This document shows, one piece after another, positions 1-12,900 of a stretch of 64,000 nucleotides of DNA. The notes beneath the pieces were generated by a model that worked only from the letters and a program-made list of their open reading frames with translations, was not told the origin of the DNA and made no database searches. The DNA is from Eledone cirrhosa. Its lineage: Eukaryota. Location of the stretch: NCBI GenBank assembly GCA_964016885.1, contig OZ024762.1:16616001-16680000 (forward strand), written 5' to 3'. The position numbers and the translations under genes were made by a program. Position 1 is the first letter of the stretch. Each line of letters opens with the position of its first letter.

Positions 1-499
1 TAAATATATACAATATAATATATATGAAAATAATATGCATATATATATATATAATATATACACATATATAATATATATTGGACGTCACTATATAGTGACG
101 TCCTATGAACTGAGTACTCTTACCAAACTTTTACTACAGTATATTAAATATATGATATCATATACTAGATAGATACACATATGTATGAGCGCATAAACAT
201 GTACGAAGTTGTTGTACATGTATTTTGAATAACAATTATTATTACTGGGTTTAATAAATGTATCCTGCGTTTGTAATGAAATTTCCACCTTTCAAACCCC
301 ACAAAATACTTTCAATATGGTTTTCATCCATAGCAAGTGTTGTGAAATCATTTTTGCACCCATTTTTGCGATTAAGTAAAGACAGAGTTATCGTTCTTGA
401 GATTTCCCCTTGGTGAAATTTAAGGAACTGATGTCGCTAAAGCGTCAACTTATTTACCCTCACTGTTGCATCATGGGAGTATTTACATACTGCCAATTG

Positions 500-1352
500 C
501 TCTTCCTTCTCTATGGTTTGAGGGATATTTAGCTGCTATTTCTAGCATTTTCTACAGTAGAAGAAGCTCTTATTTGAGGGCGATTTCGTTACTAATATTT
601 CTAGCATGTTACAAGATAAACAGGTCGTAACTTTTGGCTGCTATTTCTCGTATAAGGTAGCCATTTTGTTGGGTAGCACCGGCTAATAGTTTGAACGGAC
701 TACCTATTGGTTTTCACGTTGAACGGTAGTACTGGCTGGGTAGTTGAACGTTTCTTTAACTGGATGACAAAGGGAAGTAACTCTCTCACGACTAATTTCT
801 AAGAGTTCTTTCCTTTGGATCAAAATTTATAAAATTAGCCCCCCCCCCCCCAACACACACTCAGGCAATTTTATTTTTTAATAACTTCCTTAATAATGTA
901 TGTTTTTTAATGAAATTTTGTAGAGGTACGTATTAAGATGTGTAAATTGCAAATATTTAGATGAAATATACATTTAAAGGAAATTTCAACAAATAGACTA
1001 TATGTTTACAGGAAGAGTTGGCTACAATTTTTAGCATTTTCTAATACATTGAAATATATTGTGTGGAAATTTCGTTACTATTACTAGCATTTTCAAAGTC
1101 ACCAGAATACGTAATTTGACTGGTTTTCTAGCATTTTACAAGCCGTCAGCGTGTGATTTGAGAGGGACTTGGCTGCTGTTTCTTGCTTCTTCTAGGACAC
1201 TATGTCGCGTGATTTGAGGAATATTTTAGCTGCTATTTTTAGCAGTTTCTGCGGTAGTGAACTGTGTTATTTGAAGGCGGTTCAGTTGTTATTTGTAGTA
1301 AGATTTACGGCATCACGGTTTATGTTTTACCCGAGATTTGGCGGCTATTTCT
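500..1352. repeat. Degenerate array of about 60-65-bp units (tgatttgagg...gctgctatttctagcatttt)
   Basis: Motif recurs roughly ten times. Confidence 0.6.
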
Positions 1353-4300
1353 AACATTTTATGTGTGCGTGTGTTTATACTTGACTATGTGTATGATTTA
1401 TTAAATGTATGTGTGTGAGAGAGTGTAAAAGCTATACAGATATATAGAGAGAAGGTATATATTTGGATTTTGGTCTTCAAATTTGTTATTACTATATATA
1501 TAGAAATAATAAATTTGAAGACCAAAATCCAAATATATAGAGAGAGAGAGAGGCAAATCAGCGATGTTTACGATGAGAGAAGCTAATAAAATACATGGTA
1601 AACTTCTTTATTAGTTTAGATAAGTTTATAAAGAATGTGTTAAGATAGACAAGACAAAGTAATAGTATTTGTAAGGACATTATGCGATTTATTTATATTT
1701 TAATGTTTTATTCATCGTCTGCCGCCATTAACAACAGAGGTAAAGAGAGGAGTGGTGGGAGGTAGTCATAACAACCGTGGTAGTAGAACTGTTTTCAAAG
1801 AGACGATATGCACCAAATTTTATTTACTAAAATTAGTGACAAATTAAAATATTACGAATGTTTAAAACTAATTATTTCTTGATTTTTAGAATGCTTAAAA
1901 TGTTTAGTAATTCATGTCTAAAGTTTTAATATTTTTAGATTCGCAGCAAACCTGAAACTCGTCGTATATATATATATATATATATATTTTAATCATTTGA
2001 CTTTTTATTTAACACTACTCCGGAGTAACAAAACCAACCTGCGCACTTCGTCGAGTGCTCCAGCCTGCATACTAAGGTGTTGGTATACAACCAACATAAA
2101 CTCAAAATCTCTCTCTATATATATATATATGAATGGAAAGGGACAAGGCTGTGTGATTACTAAGAACGCGTACACTTGTGTATGTGTATATATATATATA
2201 TTATAAACATGATCATCGTCGTCGTTTTCCCAGTTGGTTCTATATAGATCAAGTCAGTACTGTAGCGGGGGCTACTGATCTCAAGCCAGGGTGCTTCGTC
2301 CTGCTTATGTACGGTCTCACGTTCTATCGAATGCACTAGAAAGGTTGTCATGCCTTTGACACAACTGAAGGGTCCTCCCAACCCTTTATTCAGCAAGTTT
2401 TCTACGGCTAGATGCTCTTCCTATCACCAGTGTGTACTGGGCGTATTTATCATGTGGATCACCAAACACTAGGTATTGCTGTTATGTCCTTGACACAACT
2501 AAAGGGTCCTTCTAACCCTTTATTTGGCAAGCCCTCCATGGCTGGATGTCCTTCCCATTACCAACCACTTCACAAGGGGACAGCAGCTAGGAATGTGTAT
2601 GTAGTGATGTTGAGAATAGCTTTCAGTAAGTGCCAGTGGAAGGTAGGTAAGGTCACATTGTATGTTGCCAGTTAGGTTATCTTCAGCACCAGCCCTCGCA
2701 GTGTGTTAGTCATTTCTTTTGTGAGGTTCATGCTTGTGTGCGTGGGTTGGGTTGGCAAAGTGTATCAAGGGTCAAGGGGTTTGAGAGGAGTGTGGTCAAA
2801 TAAGCAAGTTCGACCTTGATGAGGTGCAGGGGACATTTAGCTAGTGAGGGTAGGGTATTAAAGTCCGAGAGAATGGATGGCTTGAGACAGTGGTGAGGCA
2901 TTGACGAAGTTTGAGCACCAGAGTTCAAATAAATAAACCACACGAGTTCTTTGATACTACAAGGAGAAATGACAACCATCCACTACATAGATTTAAAGAG
3001 GGAAGATACACTATCACACTTGCAAATAGCCAACTCTTTTCCTAACGAGTAAGGATGCGGTCCAAGGGTCCTCAGAATATATTTTGAAGAGGACTAATAA
3101 TAATAATTGTTTCTACTTTTGGCACAAGGCCAGCAATTACTGGTACTTTATTTTATCGACCCCCGTAAGGATGAAAGGCAAAGTTAACCTTGGCGGGATT
3201 TGAACTCAGAATGGCAAGAGCCGTAACTCTATGCTGCAAAGCATGGCGTCCGACCCTCTACTGATTCTGCCAATCTACCGCCCATTAGAACTATAAGGGG
3301 ACTAGAAATATAATATATATATATATACACACTTTACATATATATACATAGGTAAAATTCCGACCACTTGCCTCAGCAGTTCGGATCTTATAGATCTCTC
3401 GACATCTCCATATGCATTGAGTACTCCCATCATAAGTGGTCTTCCTGGTTTCAGCACCAGTCCCTGTATAAACATGTGTTTATACACATACATTTATATA
3501 TACAAACATATGATCTTTATCTATATACTTACATGTACATATTTCTTTTTCACCGTTCATTTAAACGATTTCAGTAGTCTGTTGGTAAACTATACAAATG
3601 GCTTTTATCCTTGTTCAATCTTCGTGAGATTCCCCCCACCCCCCTTTCTGTAAAAAAAGGAAACCGTAAACCCCATACACAGCTCTTTCCATTGCCAGAA
3701 AAACTAAGTTATAAGAGAGGCAACTGGGTATGATATAAAGTTGTTTTTATGGGAAGCAACTCCAATATGAATACAAACAACAAACAGTATATCTGGGATC
3801 ATGCAAAATATTCCAGCAATAACCGTAAGCTATTAATAACACACAGCCAGACAAAAAGAGGGACAAGCAGAGCGATGTCATGATTTTTATTCCTTAACAC
3901 GAGTTCAATTTTACAACTGTTCATTTCTTTAAATTTCTTTTCCTTAATCGATTTTCTAAAGTGGTTAGTGAAGAGCAGTAGTGGGATAAAGAACGTCAAG
4001 TGTTCCACTTTTTAAAAAATTTTATTTTGTTTTAAAATAGCCCAAGAGATTGATATTTCAAACCATCATACATTTAATAAAAGAAGAGATGAGAGTCGTT
4101 ATATGAATGAGAGTTTAGACAAATTTATATCCATACACACATAATACACTATGTGAACTCAGTATCCCAGCCCATTCATCAAGTCCCTTTTTAAAATTTA
4201 ATTTGTAAGAAATAGGGGATAAAAATTAACTCCCACATCAGTAGGGACCTAGAAAATGTTAAGACAAGTTACTGTTGTAAATATATCAGTCAATACATAA

Positions 4301-4489
4301 TGTAAGCCCCAACTTATCCAAATAGATTTGGCAGAAGAAAGAAGCACAACTGACAAATGTTTTAATGAGCTCCTAATTATCAATACATTAAACATAGGAA
4401 GTTCCTAATTATTTTATATCGACCCCATTCTAGAAATCTGAATGGAGGCAAAAAAAGTGAAAAATTTTAAATAAACCCCAATTAGAGAA

Positions 4490-4766
4490 CACTATTGCTC
4501 TGGTAGCAGAGATCTTGACATACTTGTACAATACTGATCTGGTAGCAGAGATCTTGACATTCTTGTACAATACTGCTCTGGTGGCAGAGATCTTGACATT
4601 CTTGTACAATACTGATCTGGTAGCAGAGATCTTGACATTCTTGTACAATACTGATCTGGTAGCAGAGATCTTGACATTCTTGTACAATACTGCTCTGGTG
4701 GCAGAGATCTTGACATTCTTGTACAATACTGCTCTGGTGGCAGAGATCTTGACATTCTTGTACAAT
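4490..4766. repeat. 39-bp minisatellite, about 7 copies
   Basis: actgctctggtggcagagatcttgacattcttgtacaat. Confidence 0.95.
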
Positions 4767-6477
4767 CATGATAGAAAGTAAGATATGGAACTTAAAAAAA
4801 AAGAAAAAGTCAAGTCTAATAAAACAAATTAGATATTTAAGAATGTAGCAACAAACAGGGAGAGGGAGGGTTTTAGAAGGAAGGAGAGAAAAGTTAAAAT
4901 AATCTAGAACTGAATATGTTTAAATATGTACCAGAAAATGACTAGAAAAAATAAGGGTTTAAAAAATGCAATGTGAGGGTCTTATAGTTTTTTCTTTAAA
5001 ATTATTTAAATTTCAAACAGATTACAAAAAAAAACCCTTTAATCAAAGAAATAGTGAGACAGGTTAAATCTATAAAAAAAAAAAAAAAAAAAAAAAGAAA
5101 TTTACAGCACACACTCAAGCTGGTCTCCTAGAAACTTTCAGTGTTTTAAGATGAAGCAAAGCAAATGAAATGGCCAGCCCTGCTAATATCAAAGTAAATA
5201 GACATAAAATAGGTCCCTAATAATTATACAGAATAGACAGACGTAAAATGGATCCCTAATAATCATATAAGGCATAAAATACCCTTAACGTAAAATACAA
5301 GCAAGGAAGAGGAAGAAAAGGAGACAGCATTAAAAAAAATTATACAAATAAAATAATCAAAAAGTTTTGGTTTTTTTTTGCAGTTTAAATACAAGTTATT
5401 TTTGTTGATTTTGTAAATTTTATTTTTCCCATTTTTGTAAGCTTTTTATTTTTTTAAATTATATTCTTATCTATTGTTACTTTTGTGGCTTTTAAATATC
5501 TTTGTTGTTTTTGTCTCTTGTTTACTTTTTCATTTTTTTTGTATTGTTTTGTTTTTGTTCAAAAAAAAAAATATATATAATCATAGCTCAGTACTACTAA
5601 ACAGACGTCCAATGTAGTTGGTGGCTCAATTGGTCTGAGTGTTTGGGGGAAGGGAAAGGGGGGAAAAAGGTTTGGAACTGTCCGACAGGGTTAGGTGGTG
5701 TTAATTTACTGCAAGGCAGCAGCAGCAGCCAAACATAGTGGCCGCGCACACAATAGAGAAGAGATAGAATCACATATTGGCTAGAAATCAAACAAACGAG
5801 ATAGTCCCTAGAGAAACAGAAGCAAAGACACAGAACAATATTACAATAAATAAATAAATAAAATAATAATTATTATTTTAGGCACAAGGCCAGCAATATG
5901 TAGGGAGGGGAAAGTCAACTATGTTGACCCTCCAGTGTATTACTGGTACTTTATTCTATCGACCCCGTAAGGATGAAAGGCAAAGTTAACCTCGGCGGGA
6001 TGTGAAATATATAATAATAATAATAATAATGATTTCTGATTTAGGCACAAGGCCAGCAATTTTAGAAGAGGGCGGAAAGTCGATTAAATCGATCCCAGTA
6101 CATTACTGGTACTTTATTTTTATCGATCACATAAGGATGAAAGGTAAAGTTGACCTCGGTGGGATTTGAAATATATAATAAGTATTAGTAGTAGTAAGAA
6201 CAATTTTTGTTGTATTTTTTTTTCTTGGTTTTTCTCTCCATATTTGAGGTTGTTTTTCAATTAAAGAATAAAAACCAAAACAAAAATAAAGAGAAACTAA
6301 AAAAGCTAAAAGTTAAGTGAAATTTAGAAACTGAATGTTGATCAGGGTCTACGTAAGGTAGGGGACAAGTTTTGTGAGTGTGAAATTTGAAATACAGGAA
6401 ACAACACACCAGTTCTGATTGCAGTGTATGTATGCATATGTATACACATATATATATACATATGTATGTATATACAC

Positions 6478-6521
<44 letters not shown>

Positions 6522-6896
6522 ATCCCATATCATCTTGTCACTTTTATCTCCGATGATGGAATTTTAAAAACAGCCATAATGCTTCTCTACCACACAGCCA
6601 ACAATGCGCACAAACACATAAACACACATACACACACACACACAAATATATATATATGCACACATACACATACATATACACACGTTGCCATTGGATTCCA
6701 CTAGGGGAAGGGAAAGGGAGAAGTGAGGGGGTGTTGTTTTTGTTGTCCAGTTTGGTAGTAGATGTGATAGTAGTAATAGTTGTAGTAGTAGTAGTAGTAG
6801 TAGTAGTAAGGAGGAGAGTGTCTTGAATAGAATTTATTTCTCTCAAGTCATCAGGTCAACTTAATTAATCAGCAGCTAATTCATGTCCATTCTGCT

Positions 6897-6962
6897 TTAA
6901 TCATCATCTTCGTCTTCAGATTCTTCTTCAGCCTGTTCCAACCATGTCAGCCACTGATTCAC
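6897..6962 (-). CDS. EIF4G2: eIF4G2 last coding exon
   Basis: VNQWLTWLEQAEEESEDEDDD-TAA. Confidence 0.96.
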   Translation of the reverse strand: MNQWLTWLEQAEEESEDEDDD

Positions 6963-9900
6963 CTACAACACACAAAAAATAATTTAATGAAATAAAAGTT
7001 TTTAAGTAAGTTTCATTTGAAACAACGAGCAAAGTAGAAATAAACTTTTGCTGTATTTTTGACTAAAGAAATTAGCCTGATAGTGAGGTTTAAAACCTTC
7101 TAAAATGGAGAAAAAAAAAATGAGTATTAACGTCAATACTCATCCTTTGCCATTTTAGGTCCTTAACCTCACTATCAGGCTAATTTCTTTAGTAAAAAAT
7201 ACGGCAAAAGCTTATTTCTACTAAATTACAAAGTTTTTATTTTTACTAAGTTGAAACCACCCAAAACTACCTTAGAAATAGATACTGATCTGTCTTTTGA
7301 AGTGTTTATATTTATCTAAAAACTTCCATATCACTCTGACCAATTGACAAGATCTCAGACTTCATTCGCTTACCGAGTAGGGTGAACCATGTCAAATTGG
7401 ACCAAGGAAACTGTTTCCATTCGTCTTTCCATTGCTGATACTATCTACCAGACACATCTCCCGGCAGAAGGAGCAATGTGAAATAAGGTGTCTTGCTCAA
7501 GAACACAACACAAAACCAGTCCAGGAATCGAACCCATGGCATTAGGATCATAAGTCCAACACCCTTACCACAAGGCCACGAGCTTCCACCAAAATAGAAA
7601 ACCAGCCACCGAATGCCGAAACTCGGGACCTTTAAATCTTCAGTCTAACATTCTCCCAACTGAGCTATTTCAGCTGGTTAACTCTTTACCATTTACATTA
7701 CTCTATATATACTATTGTATTTTCACGGTAAAGGCTTTACCTTACATAACATTTACATTACTCTGTATATACTATTGTATGTTCACGGTAAGGGCTTTAC
7801 TTTACATAACATCTTACATAACATTTACAGTACTCTATATATACTATTGTATTTTCACGGTAAAGGCTTTACCTTACATAACATTTACATTACTCTGTAT
7901 ATACTATTGTATGTTCACGGTAAAGGCTTTACCTTACATAATTATCTCACATAATATCGAAGCTATGAAATTTTGATATTTATTTTGAGGACAATCCTTA
8001 AACATCAGTATGAGTGGCATGTCACAGCCAGTTTGAACAGAAAGAGGCGAGAGAATTCTGGCTATATCTGGCCAGTCTAAATAGTAAAGATATATCAAAG
8101 AGAAATATTTAAGTACCTGAAAGAGTGCCTTTCCTTTGCCAGGGTATTCATCATTAATGTCTTCCTTCCATTTCAGGAATGCCTCTTCTTCAATAATCTC
8201 CATATCATAGAAATGCATAAAGAATCGTCGCAACATATCTACAGAACAGAAACAAATTGTAAACAATAGGTGCAGGCATATAGCAGGACATTCTTGTAGT
8301 ATGGAACCACAATAACAGGACATTCTTGTAATATAGAACAATAAGAGGACATTCTCATAGTATGGAACCACAATAGCAGGACACTCTCGTAGTATGGAAC
8401 CACAATAGCAGGACATTGTCGTAGTATGGAACCACAATAGCAGGACATTCTTGTAATATAGAACAATAGGAGGACATTCTCATAGTATGGAACCACAATA
8501 GCAGGACATTCTCATAGTATAGAACCACATTAACAGGACATTCTCGTAGTATGGAACCACAATAGCAGGACATTCTCATAGTATAGAACCACATTAACAG
8601 GACATTCTCGTAGTATGGAACCACAATAGCAGGACATTCTCATAGTATAGAACCACATTAACAGGACATTCTCGTAGTATGGAACCACAATAACAGGACA
8701 TTCTCGTAGTATGGAACCACAATAGCAGGACATTCTCGTATGGAACCACATTAACAGGACATTCTCGTAGTATGGAACCACAATAACAGGACATTCTCGT
8801 AGTATGGAACCACAATAGCAGGACATTCTCGTAGTATGGAACCACAATAGCAGGACATTGTCGTAGTATGGAACCACAATAGCAGGACACTCTCGTAGTA
8901 TGGAACCACAATAGCAGGACATTCTCGTAGTATGGAACCACAATAGCAGGACATTCTCGTAGTATGGAACCACAATAGCAGGACACTCTCGTAGTATGGA
9001 ACCACAATAGCAGGACATTCTCATAGTATAGAACCACAATAGCAGGACATTCTCGTAGTATGGAACCACAATAGCAGGACATTCTCGAAGTATGGAACCA
9101 CAATAACAGGACATTCTCGAAGTATAGAACAGCAGATTGTATCATGTCTGTGGCTATGTTCTGGAATTCAGTGACCTCACACAAGGAAGTACCAGAAGTC
9201 AATATGATTGACTAAATAACTTCAGGAGGGTGTCCCCTACATAGTCACAGTGATGCCACCGCATCATTGCAGGTCCAATGACTGACACCAGTAAAAAAGT
9301 TCTGAGGTCCATGTGATTGACGAGATCCTTTCAAGGCAGTGCCCCAGCATGGCCACAGTCTACAGACTGAAACCAATAAAAAAAAGTACTGGTGTCAATA
9401 TGATAAACTGAATCCTTTCAAAGCAGTGCCCCAGCATTACCTCAATACAATGACTGAAACCAATAAAAGAGTACTGGGGTCAATACAATTGACCTAAATC
9501 CTTTCAAGAAGGTGCCCTAAATATGCCGAGAATTACTTACTTTTGGGGAACTGGTTGTTATAACAAAACACCTGAGATGCATATAATGCAACAACTTGAA
9601 GGTCTGTGTGGTCATGAAGAAATTGCTGAAGGACAACCTATAAAAAAAAAGACAAGTGATTAACATACACAACTTAATAAGGTTGCAGTAAAATTAACTA
9701 TATAGTACCGCCGTGTTCCTGCCATAGCTATAACTTAAACATAATCTCTACCAGATTCCCATTAACCCAAGTATGAGAGGGTCAACTTTAGAGACAGAGA
9801 CCCGAGTATGAGAGGGTCAACTTTAGAGACAGAGACCCAAGTATGAGAGGGTCAACTTTAGAGACAGAGACCCAAGTATGAGAGGGTCAACTTTAGAGAC

Positions 9901-12900
9901 AGAGACCCAAGTATGAGAGGGTCAAATTTAGAGACAAAGACCCAAGTATAAGAGGGTCAACTTTAGAGACAGAGACCCAAGTATGAGAGGGTTAAGTTTA
10001 GAAACAGAGGCCCAAGTATGAGAGGGTTAAGTTTAAAGACAGAGACCCAAGTATGAGAGGGTTAAGTTTAGAGACAGAAGCCCAAGTATGAGAGGGTCAA
10101 CTTTAGAGAGACCCAAGTATGAGAGGGTTAAGTTTAGAGACAGAGACCCAAGTATGAGAGGGTTAAGTTTAGGGACAGGGGCCCCAAGTATGAAAGGTTA
10201 AGTTTAGAGACAAAGAATAAATAATTTATTGCTTGGTCCTAGAATATTTTGGAACTAATTTTATCTATCTTGATAGGATTTGAAATCAAAAACTATAATT
10301 AATACATTGTCTCCACTGCTGTCACCATCATCACCATTATTATGTCCTTTTCCATGCTGGCGTGGGTTTGACAAAACCTTTAGAGGCAGTATTTCTATGG
10401 CCAGATACCCTTCCTGATACTAACAATTACTTTATTAACATATAGTTAATTGGATAAACTAAAACATTTACACCTTGAATAGGATATCTTAGTTTATACA
10501 ACACAATACCATTGAAGAAAGGATATCTTGGTTTATAAAACACAATACCATTGAAGAAAGGATATCTTGGTTTATACAACACAATACCATTGAAGAAAGG
10601 ATATCTTGGTTTATACAACACAATACCATTGAAGAAAGGATATCTTAGTTTATACAACACAATACCATTGAAGAAACAATATCTTGGTTTATACAACACA
10701 ATACCATTGAAGAAAGGATATCTTGGTTTATACAACACAACACCATTGAAGAAAGGATATCTTACTTTTAGTTTATCCAACATATCTTTCTCTTTCTCAA
10801 CCAAATGTTTCTCTGGTGGTATACTGGGGTCGCAGTTTTCCAATAAAGTTGATGCCTTTGTAATATATTTTAAAATGCTGAAGAGGAAATAAAGGTAAAA
10901 CTTAAAGACAGATCTGGAACCAGGTGAAATGGTAGTAAAATAACATTACAAAACAGAATAAGATTTTAATATTCTTCATTAGAGAATTTGAAATAATGAT
11001 TTTTAATTTTGGAACCAGAAAGCCAGAAATGTCTTTTGGGAGGTAGAAAAAGTCGATTGTATCAGCCCCCAGTTTTTGACTGGTACTTCATTATTTTAAC
11101 TCCAGAAGAACGAAAGACAAAATTGACCCCAGCGGGAATTAAACTCTGAATGTAATACATTATACTTGACGCTCTAATGTGATTTTGTCAACCCTCAGTC
11201 CTAGCGGGAAGTGAATAATAATAATAATAATAATAATCAATCCGTTTTATAGTAAACCACCCCTGGTTCTAGGATACATGGCAGTTTATATTTTTAAAAT
11301 CATCCATTGTAATTTCATGTAAGAACATTTCTAAAATAATGTTCCTAACACCAATTTAGTAACAAAGTTATGTTACTAGATCCCATCAAATACTAAATTG
11401 TTTTAGAATCATAGGCTGTGGCTTTCATTGAAGATATTGTACAAGTCATTGCACATTGCCAAATCACTGTTTAACGTCCATTTTTCTACCAAACTAGCAT
11501 GGGTTAGATGAGTTGCCCTGTTGTGAGACAAGCCAGACCTGATGACTGTCTTGCTCATACAGAACTGTTTCTGGCTTGGCCTCTACAGCTGGATACCCTT
11601 CCTAATACCAACCACATTTATAGTGTGGGCTGGGCGGTTTTTGTCATGACACCTACACAACCACTTTATAGTGTGGGTTGGGCGGTTTTGTCATGACACC
11701 TACACGACCACTTTATAGTGTGGGCTGGGCGGTTTTTGTCATGACACCTACACAACCACTTTATAGTGTGGGTTGGGCGGTTTTGTCATGACGCCTACAC
11801 GACCACTTTATAGTGTGGGTTGGGCGGTTTTGTCATGACGCCTACACGACCACTTTATAGTGTTTAGAGAAGTCCTCGTGTTCATGCCTAACTCTCACTA
11901 AGGACCTCTCATGGTGAATGCACATCCCCCCCCAACAACCGACATTCTACAAAGCTAAGGTAACACCAAAAATGGAGTACTCTTCTCAAATCTAGACTGT
12001 ATCCAGGAAAAAAAAGCCATTTATCTGATTGGCAGAAAGTGAATGTTAGACACACTCCAGCCTTTGACCCACATTCCTACCACAACTACAATAGTAACTG
12101 CTCCTCAATGTTGGTCATGACATCTACACGACCACTTTATAGTGTGGGCTAGGTGGTTTTTGTCATCACACCTACACGACCACTTTACAGTTTTCATTAT
12201 CATCATCATCATCAATATTATAACAAAGAAAAGTATCTTTTCTAACCTTGTGGTAAGAATATTAATAAAACCAGGGCTTTGATGCAGGTCATTCTGTACT
12301 TTGTCCTTGATCCATTTAAATATTGCTGTGGCACTAGGGTCAGTCTGAATTTGTTTCCAAAGTTCAGATTGAATACGGAGAAGAGGAAATAGAAAACTAA
12401 GACTCCTGTCTTCCAAAATCTCCATCATTTTCTCTTTACTCTGGTCACATTCTGGGTGGAAAAAATAAAAATAAATATAACTGGTGTCAAAACCACACAT
12501 ATCTCTCTCTCAATGTCCTGTACCACACGAAACCACATTAACAATACATTTTTTTAAAAGAACAAAACAATCACTTTGACTGTATCACATTAAACACTAA
12601 AGTCTTTATTTAGTTTACTACAGGTTTTCACACAATGATCTGTCAACTAGTAAAGATACTATAAACATTTGAAATTACAAGCCTCATTAGCAAGACAGTC
12701 TTGAAAAGTATAAAACAACACTATAACTGATTAACATTAAAAATTTAAGTTTTTACTAATACTGCAAATTTTCCTAATAATCTGTCCACTAGTAAAGACA
12801 CTGCAAACATTTGAAATAAACTTGTTTGAGATATTTTGTTAAATCATTTCAGAATGTAAAGAGAGACACAACACCACAAGTGTTCTAACATCTTCATGGC

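Noticed and set aside
8239-9202. Long Cys/Tyr-rich ORFs (also 4430-4781, 14877-15758, 21808-22743, 58833-59487)
   Set aside because: They are translations of stop-free minisatellites, open in several frames, with no splice or domain support
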